Shown: positions 63,737-64,000 of the stretch, piece after piece
Numbering within the stretch: the first letter of the stretch is position 1
Layout of the letters: each line of letters begins with the position of its first letter
From: Octopus sinensis
Taxonomy: Eukaryota
DNA length: 64,000 bases
NCBI RefSeq assembly: GCF_006345805.1
Contig: NC_043003.1
Span: 62,682,001-62,746,000 of the forward strand
Direction: 5' to 3'
Made by a program: the position numbers and the translations under genes
Notes under the pieces: generated by a model
Told to the model about the DNA's origin: nothing
What the model saw: only the letters and a program-made list of their open reading frames with translations
Databases searched by the model: none

Positions 63737-64000
63737 ACACACATACACACACACGCACACATGCACATGCACACATCGATATGTAAGGTGACTCTATACT
63801 TAGAGAGATGGCTAAGGGACTATCCTCAGAAATTGCAATGTCTAACTATAGTCTGAAGGCTGCTTTAGGGTGTTATTGCACTTATCATGAGGTTGCTCAC
63901 CAAACTGGTCACATAGACAATGTCCTATTACACTCACCAATAGGAATTGCAACAGTTACACTTCATACCAGTGGTTCTCAACCATTTTTGGCCTATGAAC

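Overview
AT-rich, microsatellite-dense eukaryotic DNA. The SINE families resemble those described from octopus (tRNA-derived OK/OR-type SINEs, Nin/Deu-domain SINEs and an RTE-related element with a (GAT)n tail), so a coleoid cephalopod origin is inferred but not proven. I found no convincing host protein-coding exon, rRNA or tRNA gene; the window reads as intergenic or intronic. Nearly all ORFs in the track are translations of microsatellites, SINE arrays or decayed transposons. The window is a layered transposon graveyard. DNA elements: a young near-intact mariner (309-1596), older mariner and Tc1 copies, a Chapaev3-like relic, and hAT, piggyBac and Tc2-type MITEs. Retroelements: Hero, R4/Dong, CRE-like, RTE and CR1-like non-LTR fragments, a decayed Gypsy with both LTR remnants, and several Penelope-like elements (PLEs). 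The most interesting signals are: (i) several minimal hammerhead ribozyme motifs, some with a variant CUGUNGA core; (ii) a ~5.2 kb interrupted PLE fold-back and an 87-bp near-perfect hairpin; (iii) a SINE-like element carrying a variable array of hairpin units (SVA-like architecture); (iv) a CR1-like LINE whose 3' tail matches the tail of a common SINE; (v) an R4/Dong copy tied to CATA microsatellites; (vi) a 12-bp satellite with a strict 72-bp higher-order period. Coordinates were read by eye and may be off by a few bases. Family assignments rest on remembered motifs, not on database searches.
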